From positions 3,340 through 67,339 of the forward strand of contig JAJTGC010000005.1 in assembly GCA_021298975.1 (NCBI GenBank): a stretch of 64,000 nt of DNA, written 5' to 3'. The stretch comes from Oxalobacteraceae bacterium. Its GTDB lineage: Bacteria; Pseudomonadota; Gammaproteobacteria; Burkholderiales; Burkholderiaceae_D. Position numbers and translations under genes: made by a program. A model generated the notes under the pieces. The model was not told the origin of the DNA and did not search any database. It was given only the letters and a program-made list of their open reading frames with translations. Positions within the stretch are counted from its first letter, which is position 1. Every line of letters begins with the position of its first letter. Of this stretch, positions 41,761 to 53,091 are shown one piece after another.

Positions 41761-43188
41761 GTGGAAACATCACTCAACTACAACTATCGTGTGGTCAGAC
41801 AGTTTGCGGTCGCGACGGTAGTGTGGGGCGTGGTGGGTATGCTGGTGGGGGTAATCATCGCTGCCCAGCTCGCATTTCCTGCGCTGAATTTCGATACGGC
41901 CTGGCTGACGTATGGCCGATTGCGACCATTGCACACCAATGCCGTGATTTTTGCCTTTGGCGGCTCAGCCTTGTTTGCCACGTCCTACTACGTGGTTCAG
42001 CGTACCTGTCAGGTCAGGCTGTTTTCTGATGCGCTGGCCTCGTTCACCTTTTGGGGCTGGCAGCTGGTCATTGTCGCTGCGGCGATCACGCTGCCTCTGG
42101 GTATCACCTCAGGTAAAGAATATGCCGAACTTGAATGGCCGATTGATATTCTGATCGCGTTGGTCTGGGTGTCGTATGCAGTGGTGTTCTTCGGTACGCT
42201 ATGGAAACGCAGAACATCCCACATCTATGTCGCGAACTGGTTTTATGGCGCGTTCATTCTGACCGTCGCTATTCTGCATATCGTGAATTCGGCAGCGATG
42301 CCCGCCACCATGACGAAGTCCTACTCGGCCTATACCGGTGTGCAGGATGCGATGATTCAGTGGTGGTATGGACACAATGCGGTAGGGTTCTTCCTGACTG
42401 CAGGCTTTCTCGGGATGATGTACTACTTCATTCCCAAGCAGGCCGAGCGTCCGGTGTTCTCGTATCGCCTGTCCATCGTGCACTTCTGGGCGCTGATCTT
42501 CACCTACATGTGGGCCGGCCCGCACCACCTGCATTACACCGCCTTGCCTGACTGGGCGCAATCGCTGGGGATGGTGTTCTCGCTGATCCTGCTCGCGCCA
42601 AGCTGGGGCGGGATGATCAACGGCATCATGACGCTCTCGGGCGCATGGCACAAACTGCGCACGGACCCCATTCTGAAATTTCTGGTGGTCTCGTTATCTT
42701 TTTACGGTATGTCGACCTTCGAAGGTCCGATGATGTCGATCAAGACCGTCAATGCACTCTCGCATTACACCGACTGGACCGTGGGCCACGTTCACTCTGG
42801 CGCGCTGGGCTGGGTGGGTCTGGTCTCCATGGGTTCGATCTACTACCTGTTGCCGCGCTTGTCAGGAAAAAAGGAAATGTGGAGTGTGCGCCTGATCGAA
42901 TGGCATTTCTGGATTGCGACCATTGGCATCGTGCTGTACATCGCCTCCATGTGGATCGCCGGCGTGATGCAGGGTCTGATGTGGCGCGCAGTGAATGACG
43001 ATGGCACGCTGACCTACAGCTTCGTCGAAAGTGTGAAAGCGACGTTCCCGTACTACGCCATTCGTCTGGCCGGCGGTGTGCTGTATTTGGCCGGCATGCT
43101 GATCATGACCTACAACACCTTCAAGACGGTGTCCGGCGGGCAGCCCGCAGATGCACGCATTCAGGCCATCGCCGGTGCGCACGCCTGA
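41761..43188 (+). CDS. ccoN: cbb3-type cytochrome c oxidase subunit I
   Basis: [35 protein letters not shown]. Confidence 0.98.
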   Translation: METSLNYNYRVVRQFAVATVVWGVVGMLVGVIIAAQLAFPALNFDTAWLTYGRLRPLHTNAVIFAFGGSALFATSYYVVQRTCQVRLFSDALASFTFWGWQLVIVAAAITLPLGITSGKEYAELEWPIDILIALVWVSYAVVFFGTLWKRRTSHIYVANWFYGAFILTVAILHIVNSAAMPATMTKSYSAYTGVQDAMIQWWYGHNAVGFFLTAGFLGMMYYFIPKQAERPVFSYRLSIVHFWALIFTYMWAGPHHLHYTALPDWAQSLGMVFSLILLAPSWGGMINGIMTLSGAWHKLRTDPILKFLVVSLSFYGMSTFEGPMMSIKTVNALSHYTDWTVGHVHSGALGWVGLVSMGSIYYLLPRLSGKKEMWSVRLIEWHFWIATIGIVLYIASMWIAGVMQGLMWRAVNDDGTLTYSFVESVKATFPYYAIRLAGGVLYLAGMLIMTYNTFKTVSGGQPADARIQAIAGAHA

Positions 43189-43203
43189 GACCAGGAGAAT
43201 TTG

Positions 43204-43818
43204 ATGAAATTCACCCATGACCAAATCGAACGCAAACCGCTGTTGTTGATACTGCTGGTGATTCTGGTCGTCAGCGTTGGCGGACTGGTCGAAATCATTC
43301 CGCTGTTTTTTCAAAGGTCCACGACGGAGCCGGTGGCGGGGCTGACCCCCTACAGTCCGCTCCGGCTCGCAGGTCGGGATATCTATGTGCGCGAGGGCTG
43401 CTACAACTGTCACTCACAAATGATTCGTCCATTCCGTGCAGAGACCGAGCGTTACGGGCATTACTCGGTCGCGGGTGAATTCGTCTATGACCGGCCATTT
43501 CAGTGGGGATCCAAGCGCACAGGACCAGATCTTGCACGCGTGGGCGGTCGCTACAGCGATGACTGGCAGCGCGCGCATCTGACCAATCCGCGCGATCTGG
43601 TGCCGGAGTCAAACATGCCCGCTTACCCATGGCTCGCAACAACGAATCTGGATCCCGAGCGCATCGTGCTGCACCTGAAAGCGCTCAAGCGTCTCGGTGA
43701 TCCGTATTCCGATGCGCAGATTGCCAATGCGTCCAAAGAGGTAGCAGGCAAGACCGAGCTCGATGCACTGGTGGCCTACCTTCAGGGTCTGGGCATACAG
43801 ATCAAGTCGCGGAGGTAA
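43204..43818 (+). CDS. ccoO: cbb3-type cytochrome c oxidase subunit II
   Basis: [23 protein letters not shown]. Confidence 0.97.
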   Translation: MKFTHDQIERKPLLLILLVILVVSVGGLVEIIPLFFQRSTTEPVAGLTPYSPLRLAGRDIYVREGCYNCHSQMIRPFRAETERYGHYSVAGEFVYDRPFQWGSKRTGPDLARVGGRYSDDWQRAHLTNPRDLVPESNMPAYPWLATTNLDPERIVLHLKALKRLGDPYSDAQIANASKEVAGKTELDALVAYLQGLGIQIKSRR

Positions 43819-43820
43819 TC

Positions 43821-44009
43821 ATGTCAATAATTGAATTGATATCAGATGCACGCAGCATCGGGACCCTGATCTGTATGGTGACCTTTATCGGCATCGTGAT
43901 CTGGGCCTATAGCGCGAGAAGAAAATCCGATTTCGACGAAGCAGCGATGTTGCCTTTCGCCGATGAGGAACCAATCAACAGCAAGGGGCAGGAGCGGCAT
44001 CATGGCTGA
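43821..44009 (+). CDS. ccoQ: cbb3-type cytochrome c oxidase subunit IV
   Basis: 62 aa, single TM, FDEAAMLPF; between ccoO and ccoP. Confidence 0.9.
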   Translation: MSIIELISDARSIGTLICMVTFIGIVIWAYSARRKSDFDEAAMLPFADEEPINSKGQERHHG

Positions 44010-44931
44010 TTTTACGAGCGGATTCTGGAGTATCTTCATCGCCGTACTGACGATACTCTCAGTAATTGGTTGCGCGTGGTTGCTGTGGTCGCAAGCAAGT
44101 TTCAAGGCGAAACTATCGAAAGACGGCAAGGTCGAAACTACGGGTCATACGTGGGATGAAGGTCTTGAAGAACTCAATAACCCGATGCCGCGCTGGTGGA
44201 TGTGGCTGTTCTACATCACCATCGTCTTTGGTTGTATTTACCTGGCGCTCTATCCGGGCCTGGGCAGTTTTGCAGGCAAGCTGGGTTGGAGTTCGCGTGG
44301 TGAGTACCAGGAAGAACTCAAAGTCGCGGATGCGGAATATGGCCCGCTCTTCGCGAAGTTCCAAAGTACAGACATGAAGCTGCTCGCAGCCGACCCGCAG
44401 GCCAAAGCGATAGGCCAGCGCCTGTTTCTGACCTACTGTGCACAGTGTCACGGCTCCGATGCACGTGGCAACAAGGGCTATCCCAACTTGACCGACACCG
44501 ACTGGCTGTACGGGGGCGATCCGGAAACGATCAGGACGACGCTGCTGAAAGGTCGCCATGGGGTCATGCCGCCGATGGCTGCTGCGATGGGATCTGAAAA
44601 AGCTGTCGAGAATGTCGCGCACTACGTACTCTCTTTATCAGGTTCAGCGGCTGATCCGATCAAGGCCGCATTTGGAAAGGAAAAATTTGGGGCGTGTGCG
44701 GCTTGCCACGGCGCTGAAGGTAAAGGCAATCCTGCTTTGGGTGCGCCTAATCTTTCTGACAAGATCTGGTTGTATGGCGGCGGTGTGGCAACGATCATGG
44801 AAACCATACGGGGAGGTCGCAATAATGTGATGCCGGCGTTTGATGAATTCCTGGGTGAGGCCAAGGTGCATCTGCTGGCCGCCTATGTCTGGGGTCTGTC
44901 GAACAACTCAGCGCTATCCACGGGGAAGTAA
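44002..44931 (+). CDS. ccoP: cbb3-type cytochrome c oxidase subunit III
   Basis: TTGHTWD, NPMPRWW, two heme motifs CAQCH and CAACH. Confidence 0.97.
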   Translation: MADFTSGFWSIFIAVLTILSVIGCAWLLWSQASFKAKLSKDGKVETTGHTWDEGLEELNNPMPRWWMWLFYITIVFGCIYLALYPGLGSFAGKLGWSSRGEYQEELKVADAEYGPLFAKFQSTDMKLLAADPQAKAIGQRLFLTYCAQCHGSDARGNKGYPNLTDTDWLYGGDPETIRTTLLKGRHGVMPPMAAAMGSEKAVENVAHYVLSLSGSAADPIKAAFGKEKFGACAACHGAEGKGNPALGAPNLSDKIWLYGGGVATIMETIRGGRNNVMPAFDEFLGEAKVHLLAAYVWGLSNNSALSTGK

Positions 44932-44934
44932 TCG

Positions 44935-46335
44935 ATGGAGAGTGCATCACCTGAGGTGGCCGTTGTGAAGATGTATGCCGCGCGAGAGGAAATTTATCCG
45001 CGCGAAGTTCAGGGGCGCTATGCGAGCCTGCGGTGGTTCTTTATCTGGGCCACGCAGTTGCTGTTTTATGGTTTGCCCTGGCTGAACTGGAACGACCGGC
45101 AGGCCGTTCTTTTTGATTTGGGCGCACGAAAATTTTATATCTTCGGTGTCGTGCTCTGGCCGCAGGATTTCATTTATCTTGCAGCGCTGCTGATCATCAG
45201 TGCCTACGCGCTGTTTTTGTTCACTGCGATTTTCGGTCGTGTCTGGTGCGGCTTTACGTGTCCGCAAACGGTCTATACCGAAATTTTCATGTGGATAGAG
45301 CGAAAAATTGAAGGTAGCCGCAGCGCGCGCATGCGTCTGGATCGCCAGCCTGCTTCGGTTGCCAAATTCCTGCGCAAGTTTGCCAAGCATCTGAGCTGGG
45401 GTGCCGTCGCCTTGTGGACGGGTTTTACCTTCGTTGGCTACTTCACGCCGATTCATGTACTTGCCGCCGAGGTCATGTCCCTGGGGCTGGGACCATGGGA
45501 ATGGTTCTGGGTGTTGTTCTACTCATGTGCGACCTACGGCAATGCGGGCTGGATGCGCGAGCAAGTGTGCAAATACATGTGTCCCTATGCGCGATTTCAA
45601 AGTGCGATGTTTGACAAGGACAGCTTGATCATTACCTATGATCAGGCGCGCGGTGAGCCCCGTGGTGCACGCAACAAGTCCGATCCGGATTCGGCAAAGG
45701 CACTGGGCGATTGCATCGATTGCTCCCTGTGCGTGCAGGTGTGTCCGACCGGTATTGATATCCGTAAGGGATTGCAATATGAATGTATCGGTTGTGCCGC
45801 CTGTGTGGATGCCTGCAATAGTGTGATGGACAAGATCGGCGCACCGCGAGGTCTGGTGCGTTACTGGACCGATCATGCGATGACCTTTCGGTGGTCTACA
45901 GACCAGATCTTGCGCCATGCATTTCGACCGCGCATTATCATCTACAGTCTCGTGCTACTAGCGATCATTTCTGTAGTCATCGGCAGTTTGCTCACCAGAA
46001 CACCGTTGAAAATGGATGTCATTCGAGATCGTGGTTCCATGGGTCGCGAAATTGAAAACGGACTGATTGAAAACGTCTATCGGCTACAAATTATGAATAC
46101 GGAGGAAGCTGCGCATCGTTATCGTATCAGTGTATCTGGCATCGACGGCATTGTCTTGCAAGGAGCGAGTGACATTACATTGGGGCCCACCGAATCTCGG
46201 GGCATGCCCGTCAATCTCCGCATTCCCGCGGGAGCCGGTGAGCAAGGATCCAACAAGATCTTTGTCACGATTACCGATACAGACAACCCGGACGTGCAGG
46301 TAAGTGAAAAAGCCGTTTTCTTCGTGCCGCGCTGA
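44935..46335 (+). CDS. ccoG: Cytochrome c oxidase accessory protein CcoG
   Basis: WCGFTCPQT, CKYMCPY and two 4Fe-4S motifs (CIDCSLCVQVCP, CIGCAACVDAC). Confidence 0.96.
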   Translation: MESASPEVAVVKMYAAREEIYPREVQGRYASLRWFFIWATQLLFYGLPWLNWNDRQAVLFDLGARKFYIFGVVLWPQDFIYLAALLIISAYALFLFTAIFGRVWCGFTCPQTVYTEIFMWIERKIEGSRSARMRLDRQPASVAKFLRKFAKHLSWGAVALWTGFTFVGYFTPIHVLAAEVMSLGLGPWEWFWVLFYSCATYGNAGWMREQVCKYMCPYARFQSAMFDKDSLIITYDQARGEPRGARNKSDPDSAKALGDCIDCSLCVQVCPTGIDIRKGLQYECIGCAACVDACNSVMDKIGAPRGLVRYWTDHAMTFRWSTDQILRHAFRPRIIIYSLVLLAIISVVIGSLLTRTPLKMDVIRDRGSMGREIENGLIENVYRLQIMNTEEAAHRYRISVSGIDGIVLQGASDITLGPTESRGMPVNLRIPAGAGEQGSNKIFVTITDTDNPDVQVSEKAVFFVPR

Positions 46336-46347
46336 CCAGGAAAGATC

Positions 46348-46890
46348 ATGCCTAGTTCAACCCCAATGAACTCACGTCCCGAACCCTGGTATCGCCATCG
46401 CTGGCCCTGGCTGTTAATGGCCGGGCCAGCAACTGTTGTAATTGCCGGTGCAGTGACGATGTGGATTTCATTCTCGGGCGCAGATGCGCTGGTGGTCGAC
46501 GACTATTACAGACAGGGCAAGGCCATCAATCAGGATCTGCGGCGCGATCGGGTAGCAGCATCCATGGGTTTGTCGCTGACGCTGCGGTTTGACGCGGCTT
46601 CTGGAATTCTGCTGGGTCAGGTGCGCGGTATCGACAATAACGCGGCGCTGAGCTTGTTGTTGATACACCCTACCATGCCTGCAAAAGATCTGCGGCTGGT
46701 CGCAGTGCCTGATGATCAGGGCAATTTTTCAGTCGCCCTGCCCCTGCTCGAGCGCGCACACTGGCAGGTTCAACTAGAAGATACGGCCCGCACCTGGCGT
46801 TTGCATGGCACTTGGGCGTGGCCTCAGCAAAAACATACCGACATTCAGGCCGTGCAGAGCACGGATCAGAATGCGAGAGAAGGGGGATAA
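46348..46890 (+). CDS. ccoH: FixH/CcoH family protein
   Basis: PWYRHRWPWLL, DDYYRQGKAIN, HPT motifs. Confidence 0.9.
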   Translation: MPSSTPMNSRPEPWYRHRWPWLLMAGPATVVIAGAVTMWISFSGADALVVDDYYRQGKAINQDLRRDRVAASMGLSLTLRFDAASGILLGQVRGIDNNAALSLLLIHPTMPAKDLRLVAVPDDQGNFSVALPLLERAHWQVQLEDTARTWRLHGTWAWPQQKHTDIQAVQSTDQNAREGG

Positions 46891-47130
46891 ATGCTGAAAC
46901 TGGCGATGGCGGTACTTTGGCCTTCATTTATAGCAGCGATCATGGCGGAGGGATTTTTCTTCTCGATGTTTGATCCGGTCGACCTGATGATGGTGGGTGG
47001 TCACATCGATCTGCCACCGATCGCAGCGTATACGATCGGTTTTTTCTTTTTCTGGAGTTTTGGTGCACTCGCCAGCCTGCTCAGTCTTTATCTGGTGCGC
47101 AATGAGGCGGCCAGCCAGCCGCCATTCTAG
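46891..47130 (+). CDS. Small conserved membrane protein at the end of the cco cluster
   Basis: 79 aa, LWPSF..FFSMFDP..YTIGFFFFW; directly abuts ccoH. Confidence 0.8.
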   Translation: MLKLAMAVLWPSFIAAIMAEGFFFSMFDPVDLMMVGGHIDLPPIAAYTIGFFFFWSFGALASLLSLYLVRNEAASQPPF

Positions 47131-47201
47131 GGAGGCGATCTCGCAGCCGCCATCACGGTCAAGCGGAGGATGCTGGGTGAATCAGCCTGTCGTCTGACAG
47201 A

Positions 47202-47963
47202 TCAGTCGCAGAATTCCGTACCGGCTGCCATGGCCCTGAGTCGTATCGGATCAAGCAATTCTATTTCTCGATTCGCCACTCGAATCAGACCTTGTTTCTT
47301 CAGCCGTGATAGCAATCGGCTGATGCTTTCAATCGTCAAGCCCAGGTAATTACCGATTTCTTCGCGCGACATTCTTAACTGAAAGATGGCGGGAGAATAG
47401 CCGCGCTCTGCATAGCGCGAGGATAGATTTACGAGAAAAGCAGCAAAGCGCTGTTCGGCACGCATATTGCCGAGCAAGAGCATCACGCTCTGCTCACGCG
47501 TGATCTCTTGACTCATCATGCGGTGGAAGTGGTGCAGCAGTGCCGGTATTGTGCCGAACAATTCTTCTAGTCTCGCGAAAGGAATCTCGCAGACTTCACT
47601 ATCTTCCAGTGCCATAGCATCACAATGATGGCGGTCTGTGCTGATCGCATCCATGCCGAGCAATTCGCCTGCCATCTGAAATCCGGTTACCAGTTGATCA
47701 CCGCTGGGGCTGACCTGATACGTCTTGAAATGACCCAGACGTATCGCGTACAGATTCGTGAACGGATCATCCATTCGGTACAGCAAAGTGTCTTTGGGTA
47801 CCTTGCGACGGCGACCAATGATCTGATCGAGTTTGTGTATGTCAGATTCGCCCAGCCCCATGGGCAGACACAGCTGGTGCATGCTGCAAGCTGAGCAGCT
47901 GGCTTTCAAGGCGCTGACATTGATTGTCGTGATCGGTAATACGATGGCCATGGGCTGGCTCAT
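47202..47963 (-). CDS. fnr: Fumarate/nitrate reduction regulator Fnr
   Basis: N-terminal C-x2-C-x5-C, central VCEIP, HTH SREEIGNYLGLTIESISR; start uncertain. Confidence 0.95.
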   Translation of the reverse strand: MSQPMAIVLPITTINVSALKASCSACSMHQLCLPMGLGESDIHKLDQIIGRRRKVPKDTLLYRMDDPFTNLYAIRLGHFKTYQVSPSGDQLVTGFQMAGELLGMDAISTDRHHCDAMALEDSEVCEIPFARLEELFGTIPALLHHFHRMMSQEITREQSVMLLLGNMRAEQRFAAFLVNLSSRYAERGYSPAIFQLRMSREEIGNYLGLTIESISRLLSRLKKQGLIRVANREIELLDPIRLRAMAAGTEFCD

Positions 47964-48173
47964 TGCAGGCCCCGTTGATGGTTTGGTAAGGAATTTAACC
48001 GATTTGGACTCAGATAGCCAACGAAGCACTGATTGAAGAGAAAGAACCTGAAAGTTTGGTGGCCTTGGGAATGGCTCCAAGTGCTTGATTTTTGGGGCCA
48101 CCTGCATCGCATAGCTTCGCTGGTTGGCTATGTAACGGTCAGTTATTCAGCGTCTTGCTCATGCCAACCCTGG

Positions 48174-49415
<1,242 letters not shown>

Positions 49416-49490
49416 CTAGTGGCAATGGAATAGACTTTCCCATGTAATACTTGTACATTCCGAGGATTTTTGGCAGATATCTGTTTTTCG

Positions 49491-50381
49491 ATGGTTAGTA
49501 AAAAGGCTACGCTTTCTGCGGTACCTGTTTACCATTTATATGGCGAGCAAGCGCCTGAACTGGCACCTGATCTGGTGCACTGCGAGTCCATTGTTTCACG
49601 CAGCCGCTTGCACAATTGGGAGATCCAACCCCACCGTCATCACGGACTTTTTCAGATGCTGTGGCTGGCTCGTGGCAAGGCCAGCGTCGAGCTGGATGGG
49701 CGTTTGACGGATTTGTCTGACGGGCAGCTGCTATTGCTGCCTCAGCATTGTGTCCATGGGTTCCGGTTTTCCCCGGACGCCGACGGCGAGGTCATTACGC
49801 TGGCCTACGCATTTTTTCAGCGCCTGCAACCGGATTTGGGGCCTGCACTGCAGGCGATGAATACCCCCGTGGTTTGTGCGCTCGGTCAGGGCAATGATCG
49901 CAAGCAGATCGAGACAGCATTTCATGCGATCCATGCGGCGTATGCGGGGCAGGCTGCGCATCGCAGCCTGCTGATTGAAGCGCAATTAGTGTCGCTGCTG
50001 ATCTGGTTGTCGAGATGGCTGCCGGTACAGCCGGAGGATCTGCCCTCGGCGCGGGGGAGAGAACACCTGGCCAGATTGACGCAGTTAGTTGAAACGAACT
50101 ACGCACAACAGTATCCGCTGGATTTCTATGCGGTCAGTTTGGGTATCAGTGCAGCTCACCTGAACGCGTTGTGTCGGCAGTTGACGGGTCACTCTGCGCT
50201 GGCACTGATTCATGCGCGTATGGGATTGGAGGCAAGGCGGTATCTGATTTATACCTCAATGCCTGTCAAGGATGTATCGGATGCATTGGGTTTTTCAGAT
50301 CCCGCGTATTTCACGCGATTCTTCAAACGGCAGACGGGAATCGCGCCGAGCGCATTTCGTGCGCAGGTCCGCTCTGCCTGA
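49491..50381 (+). CDS. pobR: AraC-family regulator PobR
   Basis: LYGE, WEIQPHRH cupin domain and C-terminal LGFSDPAYFTRFFKR; divergent from pobA. Confidence 0.85.
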   Translation: MVSKKATLSAVPVYHLYGEQAPELAPDLVHCESIVSRSRLHNWEIQPHRHHGLFQMLWLARGKASVELDGRLTDLSDGQLLLLPQHCVHGFRFSPDADGEVITLAYAFFQRLQPDLGPALQAMNTPVVCALGQGNDRKQIETAFHAIHAAYAGQAAHRSLLIEAQLVSLLIWLSRWLPVQPEDLPSARGREHLARLTQLVETNYAQQYPLDFYAVSLGISAAHLNALCRQLTGHSALALIHARMGLEARRYLIYTSMPVKDVSDALGFSDPAYFTRFFKRQTGIAPSAFRAQVRSA

Positions 50382-50394
50382 AAGTGGGCTGTGC

Positions 50395-51294
50395 TCAGGG
50401 AAGCAGGACGGATAAATCGCTGGCTGTATTGAGCATGAGGGGTAGAAAATGCTGCTCAAGTTGGAGTCGATCTGCGCGGCTGGCCTGAGCACCGATGCTG
50501 AGCGCAGCGACCGGCATGCCTGAGGCACCGCGCACAGGCACGGCGATGGACCGCAGACCAATTTCCAATTCTTCTTCCACGATGGCGTATCCGCGCTGTC
50601 GTACATCACCCAGAATGTCGCGTAGTTCGCTTTCCGCCGTGACGGTTCGATCGGTATAGCCAATCAGGCGAACTTTCGAGAAGTAATCGGAGAGCTCGTC
50701 TTCCGATAACGTGGAGAGCAGCACACGACCCATGGAGGAACAATAGGCAGGTACCCGGCTGCCTGCATTTAATGCCACTGACATCACGCGAGAGCTCTGC
50801 GAACGAGAAATATAAATGACTTCATTTTCCTCGAGTACCCCCAGAGAGCAGGATTCATTCAGTTGACGACTGATTTGATTGAGCGCCGGTTGAGCCGAGA
50901 TGGTCAGTGGCGTCGATGACAGGTAGGAATAGCCCAACGACAAAATTTTAGGCGTCAGAAAAAAATTATTTGCCTCCGATTCGGCATACCCCAGCTGTTT
51001 CAGCGTGTAGAGGCAACGTCGGACGGCTGCCCGTGGAATGCCGGTTTTGTGGCTGAGCTGAGCAATGGTCATCGCGCGACGCTGATCGCTGAACGCTTTG
51101 ATGACGGCCAAGCCACGCGCGAGCGAGGTCATGAAGCTGGGATCGGTGAGCGCATCGATTTCCTCCGCAATGCTCAGCGTTCGGGAGGGACTGGCAGACG
51201 TCAGCACATCGTCAAATGCTGGCTCAGGGAGCCTGTCGGAATCAGGGATTTCTGTTTTGGCTTGAAGGTAATTCTGCATGGTCGGGGCACTCAT
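50395..51294 (-). CDS. pcaR: IclR-family regulator PcaR
   Basis: FMTSLARGLAVI, RAAVRRCLYTL, GSRVPAYCSSMGRVLL, EELEIGLRSIAVP; divergent from pcaIJ. Confidence 0.92.
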   Translation of the reverse strand: MSAPTMQNYLQAKTEIPDSDRLPEPAFDDVLTSASPSRTLSIAEEIDALTDPSFMTSLARGLAVIKAFSDQRRAMTIAQLSHKTGIPRAAVRRCLYTLKQLGYAESEANNFFLTPKILSLGYSYLSSTPLTISAQPALNQISRQLNESCSLGVLEENEVIYISRSQSSRVMSVALNAGSRVPAYCSSMGRVLLSTLSEDELSDYFSKVRLIGYTDRTVTAESELRDILGDVRQRGYAIVEEELEIGLRSIAVPVRGASGMPVAALSIGAQASRADRLQLEQHFLPLMLNTASDLSVLLP

Positions 51295-51675
51295 GAATGG
51301 GGTCGATCGAACCGATCGGGGGCTGGCGCGGGTACGGAAACGCTTACGAGACGCGGCGAGGGGTTACCGTAACGGAACCCCATGTTTTTTTGGCAATCGT
51401 CGCTTTCAAGCTCGAAAGAACAATTCATTGAACGTAGGAATCGCCAGATTCTGTTGCGAAACAGGCACAGGTTTGGCGGTGGCTGACGCAAGTTCCGAGG
51501 CCTGTCATCGCTGGGGCCTCGCCCCATTTTCTTGCAGTAGGGAAATGGCAGGGATACACTGCGAGCCTTGTGTGTAAACAAGGCCTTGTTTGCGCTGCGG
51601 GGAAACGTGCCATCGGTGAATTGCGATTGCCTGGGCCGGCCGACAGGCTTGCTTCCGGGGGGCTGCGTTTCTCGG

Positions 51676-51716
51676 GTGCGTTAAACGAGGCAAGAATGGT
51701 GTGCGGCTACGCGCAC
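51676..51716. promoter_or_regulatory. Possible PcaR operator sites
   Basis: GTGCG-TTAAA-CGAGG and palindromic GTGCG-GCTACG-CGCAC just upstream of pcaI; resemble IclR GTNCG-N5-6-CGNAC sites. Confidence 0.35.
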
Positions 51717-51730
51717 CGGGAGCCCGAGAT

Positions 51731-52405
51731 TTGATCGACAAAATTTTTCCCGACATTACCGCGGCGTTAGCCGATATCTCCGACGGCGCCACGGTGATGA
51801 TTAGCGGGTTCGGTAGCGCTGGTATGCCCGGCGCGCTGATGGATGCCCTGATTGCTCAGGGTGCCGGCGATTTAACCATTGTGAACAATAACGCGGGCAA
51901 TGGTGACACCGGTCTTGCAGCCTTATTGGCCGCCGGCCGCGTGCGCAAAATCATTTGCTCTTACCCTCGTCAGACAGATTCGTATGTGTTCGATGGGCTC
52001 TACCACAGCGGCAAGATCGAATTGGAACTGACTCCGCAAGGAAATCTGGCAGAACGCATTCGTGCCGCCGGTGCGGGTATCGGCGGATTTTTCACGGCGA
52101 CTGGCTATGGCACGCAGCTTGCCGAAGGCAAGGAAACTCGTCTTATCAATGGACGTCACTATGTGCTGGAGTCGCCTATTCATGCCGATGTCGCACTGAT
52201 CAAAGCCTGGAAGGCTGATCGTTGGGGCAATCTGGTTTACCGCAAGGCCGCGCGCAACTTTGGTCCCATCATGGCCATGGCTGCAAAGTGCACGATCGCG
52301 CAGGTCGATCATGTGGTGCCGCTGGGCGAGTTGGATCCTGAAGTGATTGTGACGCCCGGTATTTTTGTCAGGCGAGTGGTGCACGTGGCGGGAGGCGGTC
52401 AATGA
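51731..52405 (+). CDS. pcaI: 3-oxoadipate CoA-transferase subunit A
   Basis: NNNAGNGDTGL, PQGNLAERIRAAGAG, ARNFGP; TTG start inferred. Confidence 0.93.
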   Translation: MIDKIFPDITAALADISDGATVMISGFGSAGMPGALMDALIAQGAGDLTIVNNNAGNGDTGLAALLAAGRVRKIICSYPRQTDSYVFDGLYHSGKIELELTPQGNLAERIRAAGAGIGGFFTATGYGTQLAEGKETRLINGRHYVLESPIHADVALIKAWKADRWGNLVYRKAARNFGPIMAMAAKCTIAQVDHVVPLGELDPEVIVTPGIFVRRVVHVAGGGQ

Positions 52406-53040
52406 AGCGATTTACGCGCGATGAAATCGCACAACGTATAGCCAAAGATATTCCCGAAGGCTGTTATGTCAACCTTGGCATTGGTTTGCCGACCTTGGTC
52501 GCCAATCATCTCGAGACATCGAAAGATATTTTTCTGCATAGCGAGAACGGCATACTGGGCATGGGACCGACACCGGCAGCCGGTGCGGAAGATGGTGATC
52601 TGATCAATGCCAGCAAGCAGCCGGTGACCTTGCTGACAGGGGGGGCGTATTTTCATCAGGCAGATTCATTTGCGATGATGCGTGGCGGTCATCTGGATAT
52701 TTGCGTGCTGGGGGCCTTTCAAGTGTCGCGTTCGGGTGATCTCGCGAACTGGCACACGGGTGCGCCGGATGCGATTCCCGCCGTCGGCGGTGCGATGGAT
52801 CTGGCTACGGGTGCCAAGCGTGTGTTCGTGATGATGGAGCATCAAACCAAAGCAGGCGAGAGCAAAATCGTGGAACGCTGTACCTATCCCCTGACCGGAG
52901 TGGGTTGCGTGTCGCGCATTTACACCGATCTGGCAGTGATCGACATTACGGGCGACGGCCTGATGGTGCGTGAAATGGCGCCGGGTTTGACGCTGGACGA
53001 ACTTCAGCGCATCTCCGGTGTACCCATGAGTTCTGTGTGA
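52402..53040 (+). CDS. pcaJ: 3-oxoadipate CoA-transferase subunit B
   Basis: VNLGIGLPT, catalytic SENG, GGAMDL. Confidence 0.93.
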   Translation: MKRFTRDEIAQRIAKDIPEGCYVNLGIGLPTLVANHLETSKDIFLHSENGILGMGPTPAAGAEDGDLINASKQPVTLLTGGAYFHQADSFAMMRGGHLDICVLGAFQVSRSGDLANWHTGAPDAIPAVGGAMDLATGAKRVFVMMEHQTKAGESKIVERCTYPLTGVGCVSRIYTDLAVIDITGDGLMVREMAPGLTLDELQRISGVPMSSV

Positions 53041-53091
53041 TGTCACGCACGCGGTTTTTCATTTGATTTCATTTCAATTCAGGACTCACTC

